A DNA stretch of 63,331 nucleotides, counting the filler, from Choristocarpus tenellus KU-1152 (taxonomy: Eukaryota; Protista; Phaeophyceae), in NCBI GenBank assembly GCA_964200185.2. It is 13 parts of 13 records of this genome, joined end to end, with 100 filler letters (N's around TTAATTAATTAA, not from the genome) between each part and the next. Parts side by side here need not be neighbours in the genome. Positions count along the whole stretch, not along the records: positions 49,116 to 51,767 come from CAXNAD020025946.1; positions 51,868 to 56,251 come from CAXNAD020014804.1; positions 56,352 to 59,764 come from CAXNAD020020207.1; positions 59,865 to 63,331 come from CAXNAD020019834.1; 9 more parts are not named here. One strand, written 5' to 3'. Below the pieces are notes generated by a model. That model did not search any database and was not told the origin of the DNA. It saw nothing but the letters and a program-made list of their open reading frames with translations. A program made the translations under genes and the position numbers. Positions 49,881-63,331 of the stretch are shown here, piece after piece. Numbering within the stretch: the stretch's first letter is position 1; each line of letters begins with the position of its first letter.

Positions 49881-51867
49881 CAGGATTGTAAAAGTGTCCA
49901 ATCAAGAGTGCTGGCTACGTCGACTTGTGTCGTCAAACTAGATTTCATGTTTTGTTGGACAGGCATGTGGCATTGATGGGGTTCGGACCTTCAACACATA
50001 TGCAGGGAACAGTCTCTACTCCCTACTGAGTTACGAGGATGCACTTCTGTGCGTATAGGATAAAACCATATGAATATTGTTTTACAGGTGGTGAGGCAAT
50101 ATTAGTGTTCCCGTTCACAAGAACGTAGACAAATTCTCCACTGGTCATACTACCATACTAAGAAAAAAGTGGAAACATCTGTCTGTGTCAACGGACTCGG
50201 TTTGAGTCTTCATATTAATTGAGAGGTATACATACATCTATGGTTGTTTCCTTTTTCGATGTTTTGGATTTATTGTCTTTTTTTAACCCCTCTCGGTACA
50301 CCCCATATTTCCGTGTTTTACTCGCACAATAAACTCTCCCCTCAAAGACGTTTTCACTCCAGAAGGCTGAGTAATAAGTTCACAAATAATATAGCATTGA
50401 AGGCCCTTTTTGTAATGAACAGAAAGACTTGTTTTAATCATTTCTGGGGATCCTAATAATGCAACCATGTATGCATCTCGGTGTGGATTACTCTCTCTTG
50501 TTTTGAAAAAAAGTTCGTATAATGTATAGAATAACTAACAATAATGTTATTTGGTATTTTAGAAGGTCTTTATTGTCAATCAGTGCAGACTCAGTATTGA
50601 GTTTGTTGCATTTTCTGCCTCGAAAGTTACTTCTTGTCCCGTCCAGGACATCCGCACATGTCAGTGGGCATAAAAAGCATACACTACTAGAATATAATAT
50701 TTATGTAAGGATAGGACTGTTGAAAGTGTTTGGTGCATATTGAAGGAGTGCAAAACCATCTGCCCAGGAGTGCCTGTGCTGACAAGAGAAGCACATTTGC
50801 GCAGAACAATCATCTTAGAGAGGTTACAGTAGGCATCTGAATAAAGTTAATTGAGAGGTAGACAAGATGTGGACATTTTGCATTTTATGCTATTTTTTCT
50901 TTCCCTGTGCAATACAAATTATTTCGTTGATTTATGTGCACAATAGTCTCTACAAAAATATGTTCCCCCTTTCCACACAAAAAGTGAAATCACAATTCAA
51001 CAAGAACCCTGTCTGCAATCATGCAAAAAGTCGTGTTTTAGGCATTCGTTGAGATTCCTAAAATGCAACCTTGCCCAGCTCTCATATCTTTGGCTCATCT
51101 ATGAGAAGATGTACCTACTAGGCGCAGCATAATGCAACACCCATCTTCCCACAGGTGTCTATGCTGACACAGATGGGGGAGAATATCTGGGTAGAGTGAG
51201 GTGCTTGAAAAGGTTGGAACAGGTAGTCAAAATGTGGCTGATGAAATCTAAAAACTGAAGAAAGGGGTTTAATTATTTTTGTCATGTAGGGGTACAAGAA
51301 GTCACATTATGATATTGTAGGCAGTATGGAGCTCTTCTATCACAACAACTTTAGTGGGCTCAACAAAGCATTTGATTTTATATTTGGTTGTCTTTGCTCC
51401 ACGACCATGGGAGGTGTGCAGGGTATTGATTCGTTAACTCATGATGAAGGTGGTATATATGTTTTCATAATTTTCCCTACATAGTAGATCTCATACTATG
51501 AGTAGAGGTTGATCCTTACTGTTCCCATACTATATGTGATCTATTGCATTGTGCTCCAAGTACACCTTTTTGCTCGGGACACACAATTTGACTTTGTTAC
51601 AAGGGTAGGTCGGTAAGCCAAAAGGTTGCAATTTGGTGTTGATCTTGTTCAGCACTGTAAGTCATCCTTGTTGGGACGCTCCTTCATTCCAAGGGAATGA
51701 GGAATGTAGGCTGACAAAGGCTCAATCAAAGTGTCTGGGGGGGGGTCTACACCAGGGTGTCCATTCGNNNNNNNNNNNNNNNNNNNNNNNNNNNNNNNNN
51801 NNNNNNNNNNNTTAATTAATTAANNNNNNNNNNNNNNNNNNNNNNNNNNNNNNNNNNNNNNNNNNNN

Positions 51868-54800
51868 CCATCCCCTGACCCCTACACAGAGCCTCCAGTC
51901 CTTGCCTCGCCTCTCCCAAAAATCGGAATATTCGGGTGAGAAAGTCTTCTCCATGACCCCCACTATCACCTTCTCCCCCCTTCCTTGCTGCTCCACTCGC
52001 ACCTGTTACCCCAACAGCCCTCTCTCCGGTTGAAACCGAAATCGCTGCAGTTGCCGCTTCCCCCAAATCAACATCCTCCTCCTCCTCCACCCTACCATTG
52101 GCTTCAACCATGGGCAAGCGCCGTCGCTGTTCCATCTCAAAGGTGTTGTAGACCTAAATATGGCGGAAGCAAAAGGCAATATGTAGGGGGGTACAAAGTT
52201 AGTGGTGGAGTAGGTAGTGTTGCTTGTGTGTGAGTGTGAGTGTGAGTAGGCGAGGAAAAAGATTTTGCAGTGTGGACTGAATATACATACTTTAGAGTGC
52301 AGGGCAGAAAGGTGGAGACACATTTTTATCCTACACGAGGGAATTACTGAGGACTTTGAGCAGAAGAAAGGCTTTCAGCTTGGTTGAGAACTACATAATG
52401 CCACTCCCTACGATCCCTCACATTCAGCAGGTCCCGAGTCGCAGCGGCCGCCACCTCTTTGTCCTCCACCGATAAGGTAACTCGCCAAAGCGTATCAATA
52501 CTGAGTTCTGTTAGATTTTCTTCTGTCCCATGCCCCCCAACCCCAACCCCCAACCCACCAACAACATCCGCATCCCTAGTTTCATCCATAGGCCCTGAAT
52601 TCAATTCAGTTCCTCCTCCCCCCACCCCTTCCCCACTGGTTGGTGGAGTCACAGACAATCCCTCTGCAACGGCCTGCGACCAGAACCGTTGGAAAAATGC
52701 AATAAAGCAGGAGTATGCCAGCATCCCCAAGCCAGTCCAATCCACATCCTTGCAGATCAGCTCCCGGAACACAAAAAGCTGTTCCTGTTGGTTGAGGGAG
52801 GGTTAGCATTAGGGACAACAGGGGCATTAGGGTCATAGTATCCTGGAGGGGGGGATGTTTTGTATGACATGGAAATCACTACAGTGCCATACAGGCCTCG
52901 AATGGACGCCTGACCCACCCTCTACCATACGATGGGTCATCACTCAGGAGTGTATGCATCAGGAGGTGTAGCAATATTCTCATACCAGAAAAGAGACTGA
53001 AAAAAAAAAGACTCCTTGTTCAAGCTCTTGATATAGGCCAACACACATCTTATACAGCCTTCCAAACTTCCCCCTTTTTTTCGAAGAAAATATAACCCGC
53101 TAGTTTCCTTCAACCTCAAGTGTCGCATCAGTTTCAACTGCAATCCTGATCTTCAGGAGGTGTTCTCATCCTTCTCATTCCAATCCAAACATTATACTAA
53201 TACGATCGCAACTACTCTTCTAGCCATTCAACCCCACCCATTAAAACCCCTAATCAATGAACTTGGATCACTTCATCAAATAAAACGGCCCATCTAAAAT
53301 CAGACCACAAACTTGATGGTCACTCTACCCTTACCCTAAGCCTGAAGACAGCCTATCAAAAACACAAAAAAGTAGTAACAAGAACACTACCATAAATTGA
53401 GCCAACAATTACAAGCTACGTATGTAACATATATACTGTGTGAAAAAAATCAAAATCCTACGTAGTAGAAAGAAAAGGAGAACCTCCCCCCCCCCCCATT
53501 ATATTCTAACTCAAATCTCCTAACTAAACAGCGACACAGTACAGCAGAGACAAGACCATACCTTAATGTTTCCCCAAGTAATAGCTCATCAAGAATGTTC
53601 TTTCAACACAGTCTTATCAACGATAAACGCCCAGCCCCCATGCAACATTATATTCATCAAACCTGATCACCGAAGGCCTGGTAAAGGTGACTCTGCGGTG
53701 TTCCTGCAGAAGCACCCTCTTCCAAGAAGCCCAGGCAAAGCTCCCTCTCCCTGGGGCTATCAAGAATACCCCACAGACCCCTGAGGCGGGACACTGAAAG
53801 GCTGACCCTATCTGAGAGCCCATGGACATACCGGATGAGATCTAACCTCTGATTTATCTGTGCTCGATGGTACAGTGCAGGCATTGCAAGGATACAATAG
53901 TTGACAAACATACCTGGGTTAAGGGGTTGGGGGGATGTGGCATGTTCAACATACATCTTCTACACTCCAACTATCTTAATGAAACGCCAGTACTTTGGAA
54001 CGTGGATGCTGCACGTACTAATAGATTTTTTGCTAGAGCTAAAACGCTTAACGCTTTATTCAGTGTAACTCCTTGTCTGCCTTAAACCCCGTCCCTGGCG
54101 AGGAGAATCTTATGATATCTTAACAAGAGATTACAAGTTGTAGTGTTTGTAGTGCTGTGGAAGCATCTACTATTGGAGCTACGAATGTCCTCAAAATCAC
54201 ACCCTTGAGAATATAGTACCACACACATATTTCACTTGTTCCTGTTCACAACTTTTCATACTGATTCTTGATCACATGTACAATAGCAACCACAGTATCA
54301 TGCAGGCACAATGTATACATGCAAAGTGAAGGAGCTTATGGTACATTTCATACTTCATATTTTTTGAATATCAGTCCAACATATCCTTCATTCACCCTAA
54401 AACACCACAAGCTCAGCACAGGGCTTGCCAAGCAAATAATAAAAACAGTCAGACAAAAACACTTCTCACACACCTTCCAACATTGCATCAAACAAAAAAT
54501 AGGCCCAAACACAAACAAGCTCTGTGCAGCACTCTATTCCAGTCATTGGCATATCCAGGGAGGCCCCCGTGTGTAGTTCACAAATCGTTCGCAAACCCTA
54601 AATTCTTAAGAATGGTAATGTAAAAAACCCCAGGGGTGTGACACTCTCTATTGGGAAGTATTGACCTGGTCACCGCAAACAAAAATACATTTCACCTAAA
54701 AACATTCCCGCATTACCAGTACTAAAAAAATAAATACAAACACAAACACACACAAACACACCTGACCCTCAAGAAATTCATCAGCAAGATCTGCACGGAG

Positions 54801-55142
54801 ATGCTTCCCTACCCTCCACGGGAACCGTGCCTTAAAAGCCGACAACTCTCTCAACAGGAGCATTGGCAGGCCCTCCTTTTCCCCCCCCCCTTCCCCAACA
54901 TCAGCTCTTTCTCGTCCACAGCTATCGCTACCCACAACACCCTCTTCCCCCATCATATCGTCCTTGTCCTCACGGCCTTGGTCTTGACCAGATTGTTGCT
55001 TCTCCCTTCCATGTTCTGGTCCAATATCTACTCCCACTCCATCTGCTTTTCTCTGCCCCTGGTCCTCTTCTGCAGTGCCCTCCCCACGCTCCTGGAACTC
55101 CCCAGGGTAGGCATATCGCTCCACAACGCCCCCTACATCATC
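51868..55142 (-). CDS. Internal exons of a USP9X/USP24/USP34-like ubiquitin-specific protease: 55142-54762, 53857-53663, 52784-52422, 52153-contig end
   Basis: All phase-0 GT-AG exons. QINQRLDLIRY..LRGLWGIL..ERELCLGF, CFIAFF, SIDTLWRVTL..EVAAAATRDLLNVY and HGEDFLTRIF occur in the same order as the N-terminal helical region of FAF/USP9X-type proteins. Catalytic domain not in the window. Confidence 0.75.
52830..52938. mobile_element. Short MITE of a third related subfamily (similar end at 11330)
   Basis: GGGTCATAGTATC ... CATACGATGGGTC; internal AATGGACGC; flanks ATTA/ATCA. Confidence 0.55.
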
Positions 55143-58100
55143 CTGCAAACCCCACCAAATACAATTAACATTACATTATAAGGGGGACCGTAGAGAATAT
55201 ACAGTATCAGCTCTCCATGCAACACAGCTCAGGGTTATGGCCAGGGCTAAACATAGCCCATGATACAGAGGGCTTGTGCATACCAAGTCCCACAAGCTAC
55301 CAATCTATATAGATAATACCTTGAAACCTACCGTTTTTTATGTAGTGAATAACTTGACAAAGAAATGTATATACTTTAGTACCTCAGTACTACTTAGAAG
55401 TGATGCATTGATTGAGGGGTAGTAGACACAAATGAAAAACATGAACACCATTGAAAAAATAAAAAAATAACCTTCAACCAGTAAGAAGATTTTGCCCTAC
55501 AAAAGCTCCCCCTAACCCCTCAAAATACACAAAAAAAGATGACCTTACAATGCACACATTACCACTATTCCGTTGCTTTCTGCTCAGTGATTCATTTGCA
55601 CATGAGAAAACGCTAAGCAGACAAGCTTGGTGTGCAATACCAGCATAACGCAAGTTGCATGGGGTCTAGGAAAAGACTATAGTACCTAAATCAAGCTTAT
55701 CAGATGGAGGGGTATCAACAGTGAAAGAATTAATACACCACAAAAACACACATAACAGCATGCACCTGCAACAAAAACAATCATTACGAGCGTATTACAC
55801 TTTCAAAAACCATAATCTGCAATACATTTAGACCTCACCATCACCCCCCCCCCCTACCCCCCCAAATGCACTACTTTGGAGCAAAAAGTCACTCCCACTT
55901 GAGATAAAAAAAACTCAACCTCCCAAACCTGAACCCCAACCAAAAATCACCCCCCTATGCAAGATGACCATTGCTGGGTTAGGGTTAGGGTTAATCCTAC
56001 AATTATTATTACCATACATATCTTCGCAGAGCATATCTTACACAACACAATGTTCTAAATTCTAAGTCGAAAGCACCTGCACTACCAACCACACTGACTC
56101 CTCAAAACACCCCAACTCTACACCTTCTTTCTTATTTCCCTCAATGATACACCACCTGCGATCTATCATTACAGTCACTTGTGCTTCCATTATCACCTTC
56201 ATCACCCCCACATCACCTTCCCACATTTCCCCCCCCCCCCCCCCCCCCCCCNNNNNNNNNNNNNNNNNNNNNNNNNNNNNNNNNNNNNNNNNNNNTTAAT
56301 TAATTAANNNNNNNNNNNNNNNNNNNNNNNNNNNNNNNNNNNNNNNNNNNNCTTATCTTCCCGTCTACCTATTCCTGTGCCTCTGGGGGGAGAGCTAAGG
56401 AAGCATCAACACCTCCTTTATCATTTGAATATTAAGTGCAAGTCAGTATATGCCTGACGTCTTGTCACCATTTAATATTAGTTCGTAACAGCACTACTTT
56501 TTACTTACCGAATTCGTGGAAACGACTCTTCTCAATCTATTCCCGCTGATCTAACCAGTGATGTTTTCGTCATTGATGTTGCTGGTAACGTCAACAATAA
56601 AGTGTTTCTCAGTTTGATTGTATGTATTGTAGAGTGTATGTACGTGATATTTGGAACGTCCTAACCCCATCAAATACTATTGGCGGATTCTGTTTTCACA
56701 ACAGCAACATTGAACTCATTCCAAAAAGAAACATTCAGTCAGGTACAGGAAAGATGTCATCCACAAAGCTAAAAGAAGAAATATGTTTTTAGAACTTGAT
56801 TGTATTTGTTTGTTGAGGAGAGCCAGCGCGACATGGAGACGTATCATGGTAACGTATCTTCTTGTTGTGGACAATATCCTTGACATCAAAAAAGGAGCAA
56901 GTCAAAAGTTGAGTTTGAGTACTTGCAGAAGTTGTTCCATGTACTCAACGTTGAGGTAGTGCAGGAGTTGCATTGCTTTCCTGGCACATACTGACACCTT
57001 CTCTACTTTTAGAAAGAAGCATGGCCTACAGACCTCAAGTTGCTTTGCATTAGACTTCTGAGAACAATCGTTCCAGGCCCAGGGTTACTCCAGATCAATA
57101 GCACGATCCCACTGGAATCTTGGCCATCAGGTCGGATATCATCTTGTTTTCGTTCGAGGAGAAAGGAGTGAATAGCGAATTGCATCGTCCTGATAACAGA
57201 GATGTTTCGCCTCGCGTCAAATGCTGACCGAGGAGTCTGGAGGGTGGGGCGTGGAATCTCCGTAAGGGTTGGACATGGTCGGACGAGAGACATATTATGC
57301 CAAGCTCCACTCATCAGACTGTTGTCCTCTACATCCGGTGGTGTGGAATCGAGGGTTCCAGACCAGGAGCAGGGTCAGGTACTAGTGACATCGCTGTTGA
57401 TGCAGCAACAGTTGTGTATGTAGGTACAAAGACCCTTGGCAATGAATATGTTATGATCTGAGATGTGTCGTGTTCCTGATTGCTCACTCTCCATTCTAAC
57501 TCATTGTTGGCACCCTCCTGGCCCTTACGGAAAATTTCCGTTGCGGTGCATAACCCAATCGTGGGCGTAGAACATTGGCGTCCAAGCCCTCCCCACAAGC
57601 CGAAGCTCCGTGAGGAAAAACGGAAGCTTCCTCAGACCACCACCAGCACCTTCCTCCTGGGTGCCACAGGATGCAAAAAAGCTCAGGAAAATGGCAATAC
57701 AATCCCTTCTTCACGAGCTATGGCAAAAACATCAACGCTCCGACCAGGTGGCGGTGGATTGGTGAGGACATTCTGGGAATATGTTCCTCGGGCCTATGTT
57801 GAGGAATTTACCTTTTTAGCCCAATAATCGGAAAAATGGGCGAGTCCTGATTGATGATGAACGATTCTGGATACACTCGTTAGCTCATGCACCCCACTCT
57901 GGATAGAGATGGCCACATTACACATTGCCAAAACGGGAATCGGCAGAGTGTGCATCCTGGTTTCCACTAAACTTTGTCTGAACGGGTCCTTACCAATCAA
58001 CCACACACCCTACTTGCCCACTTTTATATCCTGCACCCCTCACCCACCAAACTCTGGCCAGGTTCTTGACCAACATGCCTGCAACCTACTTTCGCCAAAC

Positions 58101-59500
58101 CACTGAGGAGGCCCGCCTAGAGCACCTCGCCTCCATTTCTGCTATGATGGAGCCGAAATTCTTCCTTCCACCTGAAGTGAGTCAAGAGGAGAGTCAAGCA
58201 CAGAGTCTTTCCCCTTGTTATTGTGATCACCATCTACGCAATGGACACAAGAGATTCCGATCGTTGGCCGATGGCTGCACCTCAACGGACAGTCACATTA
58301 GTAGGATTGATTGCTGAGAACAAATAGTTCATTTTGGGGTCGGCTATGGTTGGAAGTCTTGCGGTTTGATGTAGAGTCTTTCCCGCAATGTTTACCTCTG
58401 TTACTGCCCTGATGCGTCCAATCCATCCCTTTCAATGCTGTTTGTGTGTGACAGGAGGGAGGAGTGCGCAGCGAAAAGGACTTGACTCCGACAAGAAATG
58501 TCACATTACACTTTGAGGTGAGAGGTTGGGTAGTTGACCTTGCCTCCAGCTTTATGTTCAATGGGAATGGTGACAACTGAGATACATTTGTAAGGGGAAG
58601 TCTGTCTCTCTGGATGGACAGTGCCCTAGAATGCAGAAAGACACCTTTGAATTTTATATAGGAAGTCATTTGGCATCGTCTTTTGCGGGCATGTTGATTG
58701 TGCTGAAGTATTGTACTGGATGATACATAATTGTGTCCTCTACGAAGGGCAAGCTAGACATTTCCCATCCAAACTTTATCATTCCACCACTCCCCTTCCC
58801 CTGGTATGCGTTGTCCCAATCCCCAACTGCCTCCACTGCCATCATGTTCAGCGTTTTGAGAACGGTCATAAGGAGGTCACCTTTATGCAGCCTGGGGTGT
58901 TCAGTCGAAAGGACGGCATTCTCACCCTACTTGACTCTCTCCCTCCTGCAGATGGAACCCTCCAAAAGGTGCGGCATCATTGAATGCCTTTTGTGTTTCC
59001 TCAGCGAGCGACCCCATGAGCCTCCCTCCACTGCCTTCAATTCATTTTCAGGAACAGAAGCATTAGAACAAGGCTTTGTTCAGGCACACCATTGAGAACA
59101 GACCTGCCAATGAGGTGCTTTTTTTTTGTTATGAATCCATCTACCCTAACCCTAACCATCCTCTGTATGCAGGCTACAATACGAACCTTCTATTGTAAAC
59201 GCCTCTGTTCTACCGATTACCCTTGGTCCTCAAATTTCCCATTCTGCCGACGGGCCTTTCTTTCAGTAATATATTAAATATACCCCAATGCCCCTCCCCC
59301 GCCCCCCCCTCCTCCCTTTCCGTTATGTCTCTCCTTCTCTTTTCCCCCCACCTTNNNNNNNNNNCCCCGCCCCCCCATCCTCCATTTCCGTTATGTCTCT
59401 CATTCTCTTTTCCCTCAACCTTCTCACTCTGTACAGCACTGATGAAACTCATCTCCTTGCCTTTGGTTTTGTCTCTAATCTCCCCTTTGCATTCCGTAAG

Positions 59501-59725
59501 GTTAAGGTATTCCCATCCCGGGATGGTGTCCTAGCAATCAACGTCTTTGGGTATAGGAAGACGGGCGTGCTCTCCCCCAGGGACAACGACGATAGTGCTA
59601 GTGGTTCCATGCTGAAGGCAACGTCAGAATCATCAGGACAATGGGGCGAGTTAGTTGAATATGCTGCTTCACTGATGGCAGGGGAGTGGCTGGATAATCC
59701 TAGCCATCCCAAGCCTGGGCCAATG
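59501..59725 (+). CDS. Isolated host exon, tentatively N-terminal region of a large NAD-glutamate dehydrogenase
   Basis: AAG|GTT...ATG|GTGCGT, 75 codons: VKVFPSRDGVLAINVFGY..ELVEYAASLMAGEW. The exon is reasonably supported; the product call is from weak recall only. Confidence 0.4.
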
Positions 59726-60041
59726 GTGCGTGGACTGGGGAGGTGGTGGACTGGCATTTTTTTTNNNNNNNNNNNNNNNNNNNNNNNNNNNNNNNNNNNN
59801 NNNNNNNNTTAATTAATTAANNNNNNNNNNNNNNNNNNNNNNNNNNNNNNNNNNNNNNNNNNNNGTAGGTACTGTAACCAAAATTACATCAAAATCGCAA
59901 CATTGGGTTTTGGCCCCCGAATGGACGTGGCTCTACCCTCTTAGGGAATTTGGCTCCCTTCTTCACCTTTAAAGTGCAAAACTCACGGGATCAATGTTGG
60001 CTATTACCCACTGTATTAGACATGAACCAATCATCTATTGC

Positions 60042-60581
60042 TCAGAAAAGCTCGCTCGGGCTTTGGTGCGTATAGTATAGTGCTCTGGTGGTGGGTGCAA
60101 CGAGAGCAACAGTAAGTGCATGGTAGGCCTCTTCGGCCATCCAGATATCATTCGCACTGAAACCGTCCAAGAGAAGTTCCTCCTTGGAGCGTTCTTGGTT
60201 GACTGGTCTTTCACTTGTCAACGCATCCAAGCAGTGGGTATATCTGCAATGCATGATGAAACGCCTCCACCAGTCCCTGTAGTCCGATTTGTCCAATAGT
60301 TTCGGTGGTTGGGTTCTTGATCTCTTTGTCGTAGGGCGAACAATATGTACACCTGACCCCAAGCTCTCCAAAGAACCGCACCTCCGGCTCGCCCCACCTC
60401 TGACGCTCACAGCATCCAAACTGTTTCCCCTCTCAGGGAAATTTTCCCTCAGCATGGGTTCCATACGACCCACTTCGACTGGTAGGTGCCCAGTCGGAGG
60501 CCGTGTGCTGGGCACAGCGGCCTGGACGATGGGGACGATTTCCGTTGCTGACTCTATCAGACTGCAACATGAGATTGCCAA
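60042..60581 (-). pseudogene. Copia-like gag fragment
   Basis: PPKLLDKSDYRDWWRRF..CLDAL..AYHALTVAL..SPSELF resembles a Copia gag N-terminus (Y..W...F; SP.E.W). Confidence 0.6.
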
Positions 60582-61335
60582 CGTTTCTTGACAGATCCAC
60601 TACCGTTGCTACAAGCAGTCGGAATTCTTGAACAGATGGGCCTTAGGCAGGAACAGGTTCCCGAAATTCTTGACAGATGGACCCTTGGCAGGAACAGATA
60701 GAATCTCATCTCCACATGTAGACATAACGTAATGATGGGTTAGAAACCTAAGGTTCAATATATTGTGTTAAGTATCGCCCAAATCACCCAAGAGGATAAA
60801 GGTGATAAATCAAGGGAGATTGCTTGATGTCTGTAGAGTGATTAAAGCTAAGTGGGGCATGCAGCACCCCATCAAATCATAAATATATTTTCCTTTTTAT
60901 TAGAAGTGTTCTCATATAGCTAATCACTAATGATTGTTCTACTACTCCATATACAGTGTTTACAATAACTGCTGAGAAAGATGATGTCCGTCACTGCACA
61001 AGTGGCTGTCTCAAGAAGAATCATGCGTTTCAAGCTAGAAATGCCGGGCAGGTGGGCAATACTGGCCCCAACAGATTCCTGAGATGTTTCCTAGCTCCTC
61101 ACCCACCTTCGTAGGCGTAAGGTTAGATTTGAAGGATAGAAATGTACACATTACAATCTTTGAGGGGGCACTGAAGAAATTGTTAGTCTTCAAATTGACT
61201 AGACATATTTTATGTGTCTCTAGGTAGTCATAACAACTGCTACATACATTTCTACAGTAGTAGTCCTTGTCACATAGTTTTGGTCCTGGTTCTCCCCCTT
61301 CCTCATACGTCTGCAGAATGTTAGAAGATGAAATA

Positions 61336-61338
<3 letters not shown>

Positions 61339-61368
<30 letters not shown>

Positions 61369-61370
61369 TG

Positions 61371-61401
<31 letters not shown>

Positions 61402-61431
61402 TGTATGTATGTATGTATGTATGTATGTATG
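61339..61431. repeat. (TATG)n microsatellite
   Basis: About 22 units with one interruption. Confidence 0.97.
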
Positions 61432-62444
61432 ATGTAGAGGTATGTAGGTATAGTATAATTGCAAAAGGGCGTGCCGACACAACAATTCTATCCCTTCTAA
61501 ACCTTTTTGGCATCCATTGTACATCTCATTCCTTCCAATGTCCATAGATCCTAGCCTCAGCAGTTAAACATATTAACATGTACCAGATCAGATCCTTCAA
61601 CTCTGAAAGAACACCAAAGAAAGTTTCTTGGTAGAAATTTTTGCTGGAATATGTAGGTTTAGGCCTAACACATTGCTTAGGGCTAGAGTTGGATCAAGGA
61701 GGTGGGCAGGCACAAAAAATGGCTTTTCATTTTTTTTACAGTTCATCGGGAATCCTTAGTTGATGATAAAATGTGAATCGAATGCATCGTACTTCCGAGT
61801 AAAATGCGTAGTCTGCGTTGCGAGAAGAAGTCATAGTGCTGCAAAGCACCAATGTATTTGTTCTGTTGTAACTGAGGTCATTGATAGCTCAGTCAAGAAT
61901 GATGTAAGGTGAATTCAGTGTTATTTCATTAGATACTCAACGAACGAAGTCTATGCTCTGTGGAGAGGCTTGTTACCTTGGCGGACAAGCGTTGCGGAGG
62001 ATGTTTAAATTCTGAATATATAGTATCTAGGCGTACATCATTTGCACTAAAGAAATATTAATCAACAATTCATGTATAACTGTGGTCTTCAATGGTAAGA
62101 AGAAGAAGAGAAATAAAACAAAAGGCAAACAACAGAACAACAGAACAAGACTGAATAAATATGCGATGCACTTCAAGTGACGCATACTACTCCTGTGTGG
62201 GATACAAAGCGACTGTTCTGTATTGCAGTGTTCTGACGGTAATCGATGTGGTGATGATGAACTAAGTGATAATAACGACCAGTGCGTAACCGACCACCAA
62301 TCAACAGTCAGTATTGATTGGTGGTACTGTATCGTATCAAGAAAAACAATGAGCTGCCTATTATGTTTAACAGTTGATATCTCCATACTTAAATAGAATG
62401 CTTAATTTAACTGGGTTTTTTTCATTTTGCATACAATTAAACAA

Positions 62445-62495
62445 GTTTTCACTGGTTTCCCATGACACACCTGCAAAATGTCAGAGGGCATAAAA
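62445..62495. repeat. Family C left TIR (no partner seen)
   Basis: GTTTTCACTGGTTTCCCATGACACACCTGCAAAATGTCAGAGGGCATAA. Confidence 0.8.
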
Positions 62496-62760
62496 AAGAA
62501 AGAAGATACATATTCCAGATGAAATTTCTCTCTTCACATTTTTCTCCATTTAACATTTTATTGTATTGATCCTCGAAAAAAAGATTAACAATTCTCAGAA
62601 TTTTCAAGGAGAAGAAGCATACTCGAACTGATGATATGAAAAGCAACACAAAAGAGAGCAAAAAAAAGAGATGGGATGTGTATCCCAAAACAATACGGCA
62701 GACCCATCATTTAAGTTCACAGACAAAGAAAACAAGAAGCAGAAAGGGTCAGCTCTAGGA

Positions 62761-63060
62761 TCAGGACCATAACTTTCTCGAGAGGAGGAACCTATCCATG
62801 TGCTTTGTTCTAGTAGAGCTTGTGGCATTTCGTACGAGTTTGCATACATCGTTGTTTTCAAATATGTCAATGCAACGCCTAGAGAACTGTGGCTGATTAA
62901 ACCCAAAGACATTTCGCAAGAAAAGCAATTCCTGTGCCACACTCCTAAGGGCTATATACTCACTCCCCGTTGAAGACAGAGCTACAACCTTTAGAACCTT
63001 TGACATCCAATATATTGCTCCTCCAGCCACTGATCAACAATCATTACAGTCTCCAGCACA
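62761..63060 (-). pseudogene. Ty1/Copia RNase H fragment
   Basis: GGAIYWMSK..VALSSTGSEYIAL..ELLFLR..IFENN..RTKHMD is the Copia RNase H signature. Confidence 0.9.
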
Positions 63061-63331
63061 ACTAGCATTAATATATGTGCATACACTCAACTCACACCCA
63101 CCCAGTATCAGAACCACCAAAACTTAATCTAACACTGGCACACATATTCAAATATGCTAAATACATTTAACTGCACGTCAATGTATAACTTTGGGATTGG
63201 CTCAAGTATCTGGGGAGGGGGTGGTGACTGTCCATTTGGGGTCAATTTTTTCATGTCGCGATTTTTGCGTGATTTGGTCGCATACGTCGGATGGATAATG
63301 GAAATGCACTTTTCTTCGTTATGGCCCAAAT

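Noticed and set aside
61220-61547. YIHT / MYVC repeat proteins
   Set aside because: Translations of the (TATG)n microsatellite.

Overview
This window is eukaryotic and not one contiguous locus. It is 13 small contigs joined by artificial 100-bp linkers (N44-TTAATTAATTAA-N44), so neighbourhood across linkers is meaningless. GT-AG introns, a bipartite plastid presequence (signal peptide + TSA-F) and the repeat types point to an ochrophyte, probably a brown alga (inference). Host genes are a complete 3-exon AMT ammonium transporter, a complete 4-exon plastid-targeted ClpS-like gene, four exons of a USP9X/USP24-like deubiquitinase, and a few orphan exons. The rest is transposable-element debris: a decayed chromodomain Ty3/Gypsy, Copia and RTE-LINE fragments, two plant-type mariner relics, a solo LTR, and many MITEs with 4-bp target-site duplications (TSDs). 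The most notable signals are five. (1) The intact AMT gene lies entirely inside a 3.7-kb unit bounded by ~56-bp terminal inverted repeats (TIRs) in (TA)n, a possible gene-carrying transposon. (2) A CCA-tailed 3' half of tRNA-Ser(GCT) is fused to an LTR end, consistent with a fossil of reverse transcriptase reading through its primer tRNA. (3) A chimeric two-family MITE inserted as one unit. (4) The Gypsy contig is circularly permuted. (5) The ClpS-like protein has a non-canonical substrate pocket. No database searches were run; all family calls are from motif recognition.
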